Origin: an uncultured Eggerthellaceae bacterium
Lineage (GTDB): Bacteria; Actinomycetota; Coriobacteriia; Coriobacteriales; Eggerthellaceae
Assembly (NCBI GenBank): GCA_905234785.1
Contig: CAJOIP010000017.1
Coordinates: 24,494-88,493 of the forward strand
Reading direction: 5' to 3'
DNA length: 64,000 bases
Below, one piece after another: positions 1 to 10,048 of this stretch; position 1 is the first letter of the stretch, and each line of letters starts with the position of its first letter. Below the pieces are notes generated by a model, which searched no databases, was not told the DNA's origin, and was given only the letters and a program-made list of their open reading frames with translations. The position numbers and the translations under genes were made by a program.

Positions 1-561
1 CCGCAGCTCGTCGGCCGTCCACACGCGGCCACCCGGGTTGTGCGGGTTGCACAGCAGAAACACCTTCGGGCTCGCCTCTTCCACCACGCGCTCGAAGTCG
101 TCGAAATCGATGCCGTACGTGTGGGTTTGCGCGTCGTACACGAGCGGCGAAGTGACCGTTGTGCGGCCGTTCGCCTCGATCATGCCGCCGAACGGGTAGT
201 ACACGGGCGGCTGGATGAGCACGTTGTCGCCCGGCTCGGAAAACGCGCGGATGGCGGTGCCGATGGCGAACACGACGCCCGGCGTGAAGACGGCCCATTC
301 GCGCTTCACATCCCAATCGTAGCGCGTGGCGAACCAGTCGTGCACGGCTTCGAAATAGTCGTCGTTCGGCTCGCTGTAGCCGAAGATGCCGTGCGCCACG
401 CGGTCGTGCAACGGCTGGAGTATCTCGGGCGGAAGCGAGAAATCCATGTCGGCAACCCACAACGGCAACAGGTCGGGCGACTTCCCGCGCACTTCAGCCT
501 GGTCGAACTTGATGCAATCGGTTCCCCGCCGCTCGATGACGGTATCGAAGTCGTATGTCAT
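1..561 (-). CDS. PLP-dependent C-S lyase/aminotransferase (MalY/PatB-like), N-terminal part only; the gene runs off the left edge
   Basis: Absent from the ORF track because it is open at the window edge. Manual reverse translation from ATG (561-559) gives MTYDFDTVIERRGTDCIKFD..LPLWVADMDFSLPPEI..FGYSEP..NPHNPGGRVWTADEL, typical of MalY/PatB-type enzymes. RBS GAAAGGAG lies upstream. The plus ORF 40..579 is its antisense shadow. Confidence 0.75.
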   Translation of the reverse strand, partial: MTYDFDTVIERRGTDCIKFDQAEVRGKSPDLLPLWVADMDFSLPPEILQPLHDRVAHGIFGYSEPNDDYFEAVHDWFATRYDWDVKREWAVFTPGVVFAIGTAIRAFSEPGDNVLIQPPVYYPFGGMIEANGRTTVTSPLVYDAQTHTYGIDFDDFERVVEEASPKVFLLCNPHNPGGRVWTADELR

Positions 562-580
562 GCGCACTCCTTTCTGTAAC

Positions 581-645
581 CTGCCACGAGAGGGGGGTCT
601 CGTGGCAGACGGTGCACCTGCCGGGAGACCCCCTCTCGTGGCAGG
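581..645. repeat. Two GC-rich hairpins (family D, core CCACGAGRGGGG), REP-like
   Basis: ctgccacgaga-gggggg-tctcgtggcag (581-608) and cctgccgggaga-ccccc-tctcgtggcagg (617-645). Related hairpins are at 13880-13906 and 63835-63937. Confidence 0.7.
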
Positions 646-659
646 TGGCAGGTAAGACG

Positions 660-2206
660 ATATGAGCAGAGCATTAGTGAGCCCCTCTGCATGTCGTCTC
701 TAGTCTTCGTGGGTCGGGGCCGATAATGGTCTTGTCGTAAAAACCGGCGACCGGCCAGGTTGCCACACACATGGAAGGGGCTCACCATGGCACATGTTAC
801 ATCCATCGGTCTCGACGTGCACGCAAGGTCGATCAAGGGATGCGCTTTCAACCCGTTCACCGGCGAGGTGGAGCGCAAGACCTTCAGGTACTCGCCCGCC
901 GAGGTCGCATCCTGGATCCTCGGATTCGAGGCGCCGAAGGCCGTCTACGAGTCCGGCGTCACCGGCTTCCACCTGCAGCGGGAGCTGGAGTCGCTCGGCG
1001 TCGACTGCGTTATCGGCGCGGTCTCGAAGATGGACAAGCCGGCCGCCGACAAGCGCAAGAAGACGGACAAGCGCGACGCAGCCTTCCTGGCCAGGCAACT
1101 TGCGCTCGGCACCGTCGCCGAGGTGCACGTGCCCGACCCGGAGTGCGAGGCCGGCCACGACATATCACGCGCCCTGGCCGATTCCCGCGACGATGTCGTC
1201 GCATGCAAGCAGCGGCTCTCGAAGATGCTGCTGCGCTACGGGCACGTCTACGACGAGGTCAACGAGCGCGGCCAGCGCAAGGGCACCTGGACCAAAGCGC
1301 ACTGGGCCTGGATAGAGTCGATCAAGCTCGAAGAGGGGGCCGCGCAGGAGGCGCTGGACTACTACATCGACCGCTGCAAGCGCGCGATCGAGGAGAAGCG
1401 CGAGCTGGAGGCGAAGGTCAAGGCCCATGCCGAGGAGGCCCGCTGGAAGCCCGAGGTCGACGCGCTGAAGTGCCTGAAGGGCATCGACGCCGTGACCGCG
1501 TTCGCGCTCGTCGTCGAGGTCGACGGCTTCTCGAGGTTCCGCAACGCCTCGGCCTTCGCCTCGTGGCTGGGCCTCGTCCCGTCCGAGAACTCGAGCGCCG
1601 ACAACCGGCGGCAGGGAGGGATCACCAAGTCGGGCAACAAGCACCTGCGCAAGCTGCTCGTCGAGGCGGCGTGGCACTACTCGAACGCGTCGAGGGGAGA
1701 GAAGGGGCGGGTGAAGGGGCAGGTCGTGGCCCCGGATGTCCGGAGGCACGCCGCCAAGGGCGTGCGCAGGCTCGTCGACAGGCGCGCCGCCCTGCTCGAA
1801 GGGGGCAAGAAGCCCGTCGTCGCCAACTGCGCCACGGCGCGCGAGCTCGCGTGCTGGGCGTGGGCGATCGGCTGCATGGTCGAGGCCGCGTAGCGGGCGG
1901 CCGCGGCGTTCATAGCATCCGATCCCGCGGCGCCCGCGTTCGGAGCCGTTGGACCCCATTCCCGTTCTTTTTTCGCGCAGCGCGCAAGCGCCACGCCCGC
2001 CAAAAGACTGATCGATGACGAGGGGCCAGCCGTAGCAACGAGATGCACCGGCGCGCAAGCGCGACGGGCGAATATTAAACCGCAAGACGAGCGTCGAACA
2101 GACACGCAATCCATGCGGGCGGATTCCGGGTGAAGATACAGGGCCTGGCCAGGACATCAATTCCGGCCAGGCCCGCTTTTCCCTCTTGACAATGCTCTGC
2201 TCATAT
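660..2206 (+). mobile_element. IS110-family insertion sequence (~1.55 kb) with perfect 16-bp terminal inverted repeats
   Basis: atatgagcagagcatt (660-675) is the exact reverse complement of aatgctctgctcatat (2191-2206). The repeats bracket a single DEDD-type transposase ORF with a ~110-bp 5' and a ~300-bp 3' non-coding flank. Confidence 0.8.
787..1893 (+). CDS. IS110 family transposase
   Basis: MAHVTSIGLDVHARSI.. N-terminal DEDD/RuvC-like domain. The C-terminal part reads ..GIDAVTAFALVVEVDGFSRFRNASAFASWLGLVPSENSSADNRRQGGITKSGNKHLRKLLVEAAW, the hallmark Transposase_20 region. I prefer the ATG at 787 over the track start at 760. Confidence 0.9.
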   Translation: MAHVTSIGLDVHARSIKGCAFNPFTGEVERKTFRYSPAEVASWILGFEAPKAVYESGVTGFHLQRELESLGVDCVIGAVSKMDKPAADKRKKTDKRDAAFLARQLALGTVAEVHVPDPECEAGHDISRALADSRDDVVACKQRLSKMLLRYGHVYDEVNERGQRKGTWTKAHWAWIESIKLEEGAAQEALDYYIDRCKRAIEEKRELEAKVKAHAEEARWKPEVDALKCLKGIDAVTAFALVVEVDGFSRFRNASAFASWLGLVPSENSSADNRRQGGITKSGNKHLRKLLVEAAWHYSNASRGEKGRVKGQVVAPDVRRHAAKGVRRLVDRRAALLEGGKKPVVANCATARELACWAWAIGCMVEAA

Positions 2207-2240
2207 TAAAAAGCCGCCGCCGGGGTGCGGCGGCGGCTTT
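2207..2240 (-). terminator. Rho-independent terminator after the substrate-binding protein gene
   Basis: Stem gccgccgcc/ggcggcggc (2213-2237), followed on the minus strand by TTTTT. It lies 24 nt after the stop at 2264. Confidence 0.6.
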
Positions 2241-2263
2241 CGGGAAGGCGTTCGAAATGCGGG

Positions 2264-3172
2264 TTACTTCGCAGCAGCCTGGCCGGGCTCGACGACGAGG
2301 GTGTCCTCGTAGTCGGCGCCGTACACGTCGAGCAGCGTCTTCTCGTAGTCGGCGTGGAAGAACTTCTCGGAACCGAGCTTTTCCATGGTCTCGTTGATCC
2401 AAGCGAGCAGCGTGTCATTGCCCTTGGAAACAGCCGGGGCGATGGTGTCGAAATCGCCGAGCTCCTCGATGCCCACGGTGTAGCCCTCGCCCTGGTTGGC
2501 AAACGCGATGACCTCGGTGTTGTCGTTGGCCCAGGCAACGCCGTTCTTGTTCTCGAAGGCGGTCTTCGCGCTGGCATAGGTGTCGTACTTCTGCAGCTTG
2601 ATGTCGGGGTAGTTCTTCGTCAGGTACGTCTCGGCCGTGGTGCCGGTAATGACGATGACCTGGTCGTCAGGACCAAGCTGGTCGAGGCTCGTGATGACGT
2701 TGTCGTTGTGCGACACGACGCCCAGCGCCACGTTCATGTACGGGTCGGCGAAGTCGACCTGCTCGGCGCGCTCGGGCGTGACCGTGAAGTTCGCCAGGAT
2801 GATGTCGACCTTGCCGGTCTGCAGGAACTCGACGCGGCTGGCAGCCTCGGTGGACACGAACTCGACCTCGACGCCGAGCTCCTCGCCCAGCTTGTTGGCG
2901 AGCTCGACGTCGTAGCCGGCGTACTCGCCGTTCTCGTCGACGTAGCCGAACGGGTTCTTGTCGCTGAACACGCCGATGACCAGCTTGCCGCTGTCCTTGA
3001 TCTCGTCGAGCGTGCGGAACACCGCGCCCGAATCGGCGGCGCTGCTGGCGCTTTCGCTGGCGCTGGCGCTGGCGGCAGAGCTGCTGCTCGACGAACCGCA
3101 GCCGGTCAGCACGCCCATCGCCAGGACAAGCGCTGCCGCAACGGCGGCGATTCCAATAAACTTCTTCTTCAT
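2264..3172 (-). CDS. Polar amino-acid ABC transporter substrate-binding lipoprotein
   Basis: Lipobox signal MKKKFIGIAAVAAALVLAMGVLTGC, then a Ser/Ala linker and a family-3 SBP body (KLVIGVFSDKNPFGYVDENG..VDIILANFTVTPERAEQVDF). Confidence 0.85.
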   Translation of the reverse strand: MKKKFIGIAAVAAALVLAMGVLTGCGSSSSSSAASASASESASSAADSGAVFRTLDEIKDSGKLVIGVFSDKNPFGYVDENGEYAGYDVELANKLGEELGVEVEFVSTEAASRVEFLQTGKVDIILANFTVTPERAEQVDFADPYMNVALGVVSHNDNVITSLDQLGPDDQVIVITGTTAETYLTKNYPDIKLQKYDTYASAKTAFENKNGVAWANDNTEVIAFANQGEGYTVGIEELGDFDTIAPAVSKGNDTLLAWINETMEKLGSEKFFHADYEKTLLDVYGADYEDTLVVEPGQAAAK

Positions 3173-3343
3173 CGTTCTCGTCTCCTTTTCCCTTCCAATG
3201 GAATGTTGAACTTGTATATAGTAGCGAATCGAACCGGCGCGTAACGGGCTGAAACGGATTAGTTCACCGTGAACGACATTCTTTTTCCCGATATGGCGTT
3301 ATCGATTTGACTGAAAGCCCGATGCACGGTTGCTACGATTGCA

Positions 3344-3371
3344 AGTAATCAATTTCCTCCGAGGAGATTGA

Positions 3372-3374
<3 letters not shown>
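3344..3374. repeat. AT-rich 31-bp palindrome, copy 1 (GTAATCAATTTCCTCCGAGGAGATTGATTAC)
   Basis: Read directly. The TAA stop of the ATPase gene (3372-3374) lies in the terminal arm. Two further copies are at 38844-38873 and 40037-40067. Confidence 0.85.
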
Positions 3375-4142
<768 letters not shown>

Positions 4143-4820
4143 TTAGTTGCTCCACTTCTTTTCGAGGTGGCTGGCCAGCAAGCTGATGGGCCAGCACACG
4201 AAAAAGTACATGAGAAGAATGATGCCGTAAATGCCGAACACGGCGTTGGGGCTGACCATGCGGTTGGCCTCGATGATCTGCTGACCGACCTTCATGACCT
4301 CGACCACGCCGATCATCATGACCAGGCTCGTGGTCTTGATCATGCGCGTGACCAGGTTGATCGACATCGGGATAAGCTGGCGGACCGCCTGCGGGATGAC
4401 GATGTGGTAATACGTCTGCGCCTTGTTCATGCCGAGCGCCGCCGCGCTTTCGTACTGGTGCTTGGGAATGCTGGTCAGCGCGCCGCGCACGAGGTCGCCC
4501 ATCTCGCCGACGCCCCAGAAGCTGAACACGATGATGCTGGAAACCTCGGCCGAGATGTTGATGCCCCACACGCGCGTGGCGCCGAAGAACACGATGAACA
4601 TCAGCACGAGCTGCGGCATGATGCGCACGATTTCCAGGTACACGCGGCTGATGACGCGCGCGACCGGGTTCTTCCACGTCATGAAGACGCCGAACAGAAG
4701 GCCCAGCACGATGCTGATGACGACCGATATGAGGCTTATTTCGACGGCAACCCACAGCCCGCCGAGCATGCGGGCCATGTTCGTGCCTTTGAACAGCACG
4801 TCAAGACCCAAAAGCTCCAT
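4143..4820 (-). CDS. Amino-acid ABC transporter permease
   Basis: Polytopic HisM/GlnP-type membrane protein with an EAA-like loop (YESAAALGMNKAQTYYHIVIPQA). Its stop abuts the ATPase start. Confidence 0.85.
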   Translation of the reverse strand: MELLGLDVLFKGTNMARMLGGLWVAVEISLISVVISIVLGLLFGVFMTWKNPVARVISRVYLEIVRIMPQLVLMFIVFFGATRVWGINISAEVSSIIVFSFWGVGEMGDLVRGALTSIPKHQYESAAALGMNKAQTYYHIVIPQAVRQLIPMSINLVTRMIKTTSLVMMIGVVEVMKVGQQIIEANRMVSPNAVFGIYGIILLMYFFVCWPISLLASHLEKKWSN

Positions 4821-5460
4821 AGCGGAGTTTCCTTTCTGCGACGGAACCCAGAATCGACACGGGCAGGATGATGATGAGGTAGAAGACGACGAGCATGACC
4901 AGGCATTCCGTCGTCTTGTAGTACAGACCGATGAGGTCCTTCGCCACGAACATGAGGTCCATGAGGCTGATGGCGGAAAACACGCTCGTCTCCTTCAGCA
5001 GGAAGATGATGTTGGCGACGAACGACTGGATGGAGAGGCTGACAGCCTGCGGCAGCGTGATGTAGCGCATGACCTGTGCGGGCGTCATGCCGAGCGACAG
5101 CGCGCTTTCCGTCTGGATGGGGTCGACCGCTTCAAGGCCGCTGCGGAACGTCTCGGCCATGTACGCGCCGCCGAGCAGCGCCAGGCCCAGCATGCCGCAC
5201 GCCTCGGCCGTTATGGGAACGCCGACGCGCGGCAGGGCGAAGTACATGAAGAACAGCTGGATGAGCAGCGGCGTGTTGCGGAACAGCTCGATGTACACGC
5301 GCGCGACCTGGTACAGCACGGGAATCTTGAAGTGCGTGATGACGGCCACGACCAGGCCGATGGCAAGCGAGCCCAAGATGCCCACCCAACCGATGCGGAG
5401 CGTCAGCCACATGGCTTGCTCGAACAATGGCAAGTAATCTGCCATTGCGGCGAAATCCAT
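4801..5460 (-). CDS. Amino-acid ABC transporter permease
   Basis: Second HisQ/GlnP-type permease (TESALSLGMTPAQVMRYITLPQA). It overlaps the next permease by 20 nt. Confidence 0.85.
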   Translation of the reverse strand: MDFAAMADYLPLFEQAMWLTLRIGWVGILGSLAIGLVVAVITHFKIPVLYQVARVYIELFRNTPLLIQLFFMYFALPRVGVPITAEACGMLGLALLGGAYMAETFRSGLEAVDPIQTESALSLGMTPAQVMRYITLPQAVSLSIQSFVANIIFLLKETSVFSAISLMDLMFVAKDLIGLYYKTTECLVMLVVFYLIIILPVSILGSVAERKLRYGAFGS

Positions 5461-5587
5461 GCGTACCCCTCCGTTCGTGTCGATTTTTCCTAGTAATTCT
5501 ATATGATTATCGAAAACCGCGTGGAAATGCCGCCTTAAAACTCAGCGTTCCTGTTTTTCGATAGCACAGTATACACGCCTCGCCCGA

Positions 5588-7228
5588 TTAGCGCGTGCTT
5601 TCCTGTGCCACGAGGTGCGCGGCGCCATAGCGTTCGCGCAGGGCGGGCTTGTCGATCTTGCCGGTGGAATTGCGCGGCACCTCGGCGAAGATGTAGCGGC
5701 GCGGGCGTTTGTAACGCGGCAGGTCGAGGCAGAAGTCCTCCATCTGCGCCTCGGTCATTTCGCGGCCTTCCTTCAGCTCGATGATCGCGCAGGCGATCTC
5801 GCCCAGGCGCTCGTCGGGCACGCCTATGACGGCGACGTCCTTCACGGCGTCGTTGCCGCGGATGAACGCCTCGATCTGCACGGGGTACAGGTTCTCGCCA
5901 CCCGTGATGATGACGTCCTTGGCGCGGTCGACCAGCGTGATGAAGCCGTCGGCGTCGATCTTGGCCACGTCGCCCGTGTACAGCCAGCCGTCGCGCAGCG
6001 ATTCGGCCGTGGCCTCGGGGTTGTTGTAGTACTCGACCATGACGCAGTTGCCCTTCAGGCACAGCTCGCCCACGTCTTCGCTGCCCGGCTCGACGACCGA
6101 GCCGTCTTCGCGGCGAATCTCGGCTTCCCAGCCCCAACCGGGCACGCCGTTGGTTTCCAGGTGCTCGAAGTTCTCGACGCCCAGGTGTATGCTGCCCGGG
6201 CCCATGCCCTCGGACAGGCCGTAGTTGTTGTCGTAGGCATGGTTCGGGAAACGCTTCTTCCAGCGGCGCACGAGGCTCGGCGGCACGGGCTGCGCGCCGA
6301 TGTGCATGAGCCGCCACTGGTCGAGGCGGTAGTCGTCGAGGTTCACCTTGCCGTCGTCGATGGCGTCGAGGATGTCCTGCGCCCACGGCACGAGCAGCCA
6401 CACGAGCGTGCAGTGCTCTTCGGAGACGGTTTGCAGGATCCAGTCGGGGCGCACGCCGCGCAGGATGACGGCCTTACCGCCCGTGACCAGGCTGCCGAAC
6501 CAATGGATCTTCGCGCCGGTGTGGTACAGCGGCGGAATGCACAAGAAGCAATCCTCGCGCGTCTGGCCATGATGGTGCATCTCGCACAGGCCCGCCTGCA
6601 GCAGGCTGCGGTGGTTGTGCAGGATGGCCTTCGGGAAGCCCGTCGTGCCGCTGCTGAAGTAGATGGCGGCGTTATCGTCGTCGGTCAGCTCGACGTCGGG
6701 CTCGCCGGCGCTGAAGTGCGTGACGCGCTGGTTGTAGCTGTGCGCGAACGTCGGGCAGTCCTCGCCGACGAAGTACAGGTTTTTCACCTGCGGGATGCGC
6801 TCGGCGATCTGCTCGACGCGCCCGATGAACTCGGGGCCGAAGATGAGCACCTCGGCGTCGGACAGCTCGAGGCAGTACTTGATCTCGTCGGCCGTGTAGC
6901 GGTAGTTCATGGGCACGGCCACGGCGCCCGCCTTCAGCACGCCGAAGTAGATCGGCAGCCATTCCAGGCAGTTCATCAGCAGCACGGCCACCTTGGTGTC
7001 GCGCTGCACGCCCGCGTCGAGCAGCAGGTGCGCGAAGCGGTTGGCCTGGTCGTTGAACGCGCGCCAGGTGATTTCGCGGCGATAGCGCTGGGAAGGCGGC
7101 GTTTCCACCAGCTCGTAGTCGCGCCACGTCTTGCCGCGTTCGTCGCGGATGGCGGGGTTCACCTCGACGAGCGCGATGTCGTCAGGGTACTTCGCCGCGT
7201 TCATGATCAGATAATCGGTTGCGGGCAT
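5588..7228 (-). CDS. AMP-dependent acyl-CoA synthetase/ligase
   Basis: AMP-binding motifs IYFSSGTTGFPKAI, YGLSEG and TGDVAKIDADGFITLVDRAKDVIITGGENLYP. The start is taken at MPATDY (ATG 7228, RBS GAAAGGA) rather than the track start at 7288. Confidence 0.85.
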   Translation of the reverse strand: MPATDYLIMNAAKYPDDIALVEVNPAIRDERGKTWRDYELVETPPSQRYRREITWRAFNDQANRFAHLLLDAGVQRDTKVAVLLMNCLEWLPIYFGVLKAGAVAVPMNYRYTADEIKYCLELSDAEVLIFGPEFIGRVEQIAERIPQVKNLYFVGEDCPTFAHSYNQRVTHFSAGEPDVELTDDDNAAIYFSSGTTGFPKAILHNHRSLLQAGLCEMHHHGQTREDCFLCIPPLYHTGAKIHWFGSLVTGGKAVILRGVRPDWILQTVSEEHCTLVWLLVPWAQDILDAIDDGKVNLDDYRLDQWRLMHIGAQPVPPSLVRRWKKRFPNHAYDNNYGLSEGMGPGSIHLGVENFEHLETNGVPGWGWEAEIRREDGSVVEPGSEDVGELCLKGNCVMVEYYNNPEATAESLRDGWLYTGDVAKIDADGFITLVDRAKDVIITGGENLYPVQIEAFIRGNDAVKDVAVIGVPDERLGEIACAIIELKEGREMTEAQMEDFCLDLPRYKRPRRYIFAEVPRNSTGKIDKPALRERYGAAHLVAQESTR

Positions 7229-7392
7229 GCGCAGTCCTTTCTCGTTCAAACCGCTCCAGTATGGCAGGTTTGCGGGAAAGATGCGCATTCAACGGGAAAA
7301 ATCAAGAAATGAGCCACCGCGGCGCTTCCGCCAACGACCGTTGTGGCCGCTGGTGTTTGGCGCCAGCGGCCACAACGGAGCAACTTGCCGCA

Positions 7393-8817
7393 TTACACGA
7401 TTTCCAAATCGTCGCGATCGCGCAGCGAGTAGCGCTTGCCCCACGGGGTCAGCGTCAGAACAAGGTACGTCAGGCCACCCGTGAGCAACGTGAGGCCTGA
7501 ACCGGTTGTCACATAGAACAACGGGCTGTTCACCACGCCCGTCATCGGGTTGAACACGAGCAAGCCGCAGACAAGGCCGACGACGATGGAGATGACGCCG
7601 ATGATGTTGACCCCGCCCGAATACTTATACGCGTCATGGCCCGGCAGGAAGAACGCGGACTTCAGCGACAGCTTGCGCTTGCGCAAGATGAAGCAGTCGA
7701 CCAGGATGATGCCGTTGATGGGGCCCTGCAGATACGCGGCGATGCTGATGAACGCGCCGAAATTCTCGGACACGCCACCCCAGATGGTGAGCAGGCTGAT
7801 GAGCACCGCCATGACGATGACAAGCGCCTTGTAAGGGATTTTCGGGAATGCCGACTTGATGACCATATCGTTCACGTACAGGCCGTTTCCCATGGTGCCG
7901 ATGTTCGCGAACGCCACCATGATAAGCGCGAGCAGCGACATTTCAGGGCCGCACAGCGTAGCCAGCATTACGGTCGGGTCGGCGATGTACTCGCCGACAG
8001 CCGCGAACATGACAAGCGCCATGATGCCGCCGATGAACACGAACAACGGCGCGATGATGCCGTACGCTGCGCTCGTCGACCAATAGGCCGAGCGCTCGTT
8101 GCGGCACAGGCGCGGCAGGACATATGCCTGCGTCGACCATGAGAACGCGAAGGCGACCATGCCCTCGTTCGACAGCGCAAATGCCTCCACGGGACTTGCG
8201 TAGTCGGAAAGATCGGGCTGAATGGCCATGAGGTCAGCGGGGGCGACGCTGAAGCAGATGCCAATGACGACAAAGCCCACGACGAGCAGCGCGACCACCA
8301 TGATTCGCGACGACCATTTGATGACATCGGGCCCGCCAAGGGCAATGAGCACGCCCAAGACGACGCATATTACCCCCAAAAACGGCACGATGACGGCCGG
8401 TAACGTTATGCCGAACACGCCGAAGAGCTGCACGAGCGAATCTCTGAACAAATCGGCGGTCACCGCATACCAACCGAAATTCATGACCGGACAGAGAAAC
8501 GCCATGACCGCGACGCCGTTTTTACCCAGGGCAGAGCGCAGCCAGATCCATAGGTCGATACCATAGCGCGTTGAAAACCAGATTGGCAGCATTTCGAGCA
8601 AGATGAAGAAAACCGAGATGCCGAAAATGCTGATGAGCATCTGCTGGAAGTTGACGAGGCCAGCTGAATAAGCACCCTGGGAGTAGCACCACGTAGCAAT
8701 GGCGAAGCCGCTCGTAACCAGGAAGCAGTCGCCGAAGGAGTACTTGCGGTCTTCCTTGACGAGCGGGACGATTCCAAAGATGGTTTCGTTGCGGATGAAG
8801 TCGTCGTGTCTGCCCAT
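7393..8817 (-). CDS. NCS1-family (cytosine/purine/hydantoin-type) permease
   Basis: ~12-TM protein with an NCS1-like TM3-4 region ..STRYGIDLWIWLRSALGKNGVAVMAFLCPVMNFGWY. The substrate is not inferable. Confidence 0.65.
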   Translation of the reverse strand: MGRHDDFIRNETIFGIVPLVKEDRKYSFGDCFLVTSGFAIATWCYSQGAYSAGLVNFQQMLISIFGISVFFILLEMLPIWFSTRYGIDLWIWLRSALGKNGVAVMAFLCPVMNFGWYAVTADLFRDSLVQLFGVFGITLPAVIVPFLGVICVVLGVLIALGGPDVIKWSSRIMVVALLVVGFVVIGICFSVAPADLMAIQPDLSDYASPVEAFALSNEGMVAFAFSWSTQAYVLPRLCRNERSAYWSTSAAYGIIAPLFVFIGGIMALVMFAAVGEYIADPTVMLATLCGPEMSLLALIMVAFANIGTMGNGLYVNDMVIKSAFPKIPYKALVIVMAVLISLLTIWGGVSENFGAFISIAAYLQGPINGIILVDCFILRKRKLSLKSAFFLPGHDAYKYSGGVNIIGVISIVVGLVCGLLVFNPMTGVVNSPLFYVTTGSGLTLLTGGLTYLVLTLTPWGKRYSLRDRDDLEIV

Positions 8818-8819
8818 GG

Positions 8820-9005
8820 CTACATCGCCCCCGCCGTCAGCGTGGCGACTTCGACAACCACCAGGCAGATGGCCATGAGAACGCCCGCCAACGCATAATC
8901 GAACTTCGTCATCCGGGCGGGGTATGCATATGACGGGTCCTCCATCATGGAGAGGCGCTTCGTCACCTCGGCATTCAGCTCTGTTTCAAAATCCGTTTCC
9001 GTCAT
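8820..9005 (-). CDS. Small membrane protein co-transcribed with the NCS1 permease
   Basis: MTETDFETELNAEVTKRL..FDYALAGVLMAICLVVVEVATLTAGAM has one C-terminal TM segment. There is a strong RBS GAGGAGAGG. The stop lies 2 nt before the permease start. Confidence 0.4.
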   Translation of the reverse strand: MTETDFETELNAEVTKRLSMMEDPSYAYPARMTKFDYALAGVLMAICLVVVEVATLTAGAM

Positions 9006-9174
9006 CCTCTCCTCTTTCCTTCTTCGCATCGAACGCGGGCTTGGGACGGGCAGCTTCTTTGAACACATGCCCGCATCTCAAAGTGAGTGTTCAAAATTAT
9101 GAGCCATTTTTGATTTTTGAACAAGCGCGTGCGAGAAAAGATGCCGATGCGCCAACAAATTGTGCAAAACCCCC

Positions 9175-9202
9175 TTGCGCTCGATTTTTAATCGTGTACA
9201 AT
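9175..9202 (+). promoter_or_regulatory. Candidate sigma-70-type promoter of gpx
   Basis: -35 TTGCGC (9175-9180), 16-bp spacer, -10 TACAAT (9197-9202). The -10 is embedded in the imperfect palindrome cgtgtacaatttaattgcacgcg (9193-9215). Confidence 0.4.
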
Positions 9203-9304
9203 TTAATTGCACGCGATTTATTTGTCGCCTGACAAAAGGCGTCTGACAGAAAGGGGAGTCTCCCCAATCTGTCAGCCTGTCAGCACGGAGGAATGGAGAC
9301 GATC

Positions 9305-9844
9305 ATGAGCATTTACGATTACACGATGGAAAACCGCGACGGCAGCCAGGCAAGCGTCGGCGATTACGCCGGCAAGGTGCTGCTGATCGTGAACACGGCC
9401 ACCGGCTGCGGTTTCACCCCGCAGTACGAGGACCTTGAGGCGATTTACGCCGAGTACAAGGACCAGGGCTTCGAGATTCTCGACTTCCCCTGCAACCAGT
9501 TCGCCAACCAGGCTCCCGGCACCGACGAGGAGATCCACGAGTTCTGCACCGTGAAGTTCGGCACCGACTTCCCGCAGTTCAAGAAGATCGAGGTTAACGG
9601 TGAGAACGCCCATCCCCTGTTCGCCGACCTGGCCACGCAGAAGCCGTTCGGCGGGTTCTCGGGCCTGAAGGGCATGGCCATGAAGGCCGTGCAGAAGTCG
9701 GTCGACAAGGAGTTCGGCGACAAGGCCTACATTAAATGGAACTTCACGAAGTTTTTGGTCGACCGCGAGGGCAACCTTGTCGAGCGCTTCGAGCCGACCA
9801 CCGACATGGCCGACGTGAAGAAAGCAGTTGCCGCTGTCCTGTAG
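9305..9844 (+). CDS. gpx: Glutathione peroxidase
   Basis: MSIYDY..LLIVNTATGCGFTPQYEDLE..LDFPCNQFANQAPG..KWNFTKFLVDREG carries the canonical GPx motifs with a Cys active site. Confidence 0.9.
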   Translation: MSIYDYTMENRDGSQASVGDYAGKVLLIVNTATGCGFTPQYEDLEAIYAEYKDQGFEILDFPCNQFANQAPGTDEEIHEFCTVKFGTDFPQFKKIEVNGENAHPLFADLATQKPFGGFSGLKGMAMKAVQKSVDKEFGDKAYIKWNFTKFLVDREGNLVERFEPTTDMADVKKAVAAVL

Positions 9845-10048
9845 TAGGCAATCGCCCGATAACAGCTGGTGTGGGGCGCGGAAAGCCCGCCACGGGGAAC
9901 GGCCTCGTGGCGGGCTTAAAAAATGCCGCTCACCTATATTTAACTCGTTCGACATACGCGGCGGAGCACATCACCCGTACAATCCTTCACTATCGCATGC
10001 TAAAGCGCCTTCGGGCGTTTTTTCGCACCATTCAGGGAGGGAGCGCGC

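Noticed and set aside
40-579. 179-aa plus-strand ORF at the left edge
   Set aside because: The Arg/Val/His-rich translation has no recognisable motifs. The opposite strand encodes a clean MalY/PatB-like N-terminus with an RBS, so this ORF is an antisense shadow.
9881-9911. Hairpin gcccgccacg..cgtggcgggc after gpx, as a terminator
   Set aside because: On the gpx strand it is followed by an A-run rather than a T-run, so it is not a convincing intrinsic terminator. It may be another REP-like (CCACG) hairpin.
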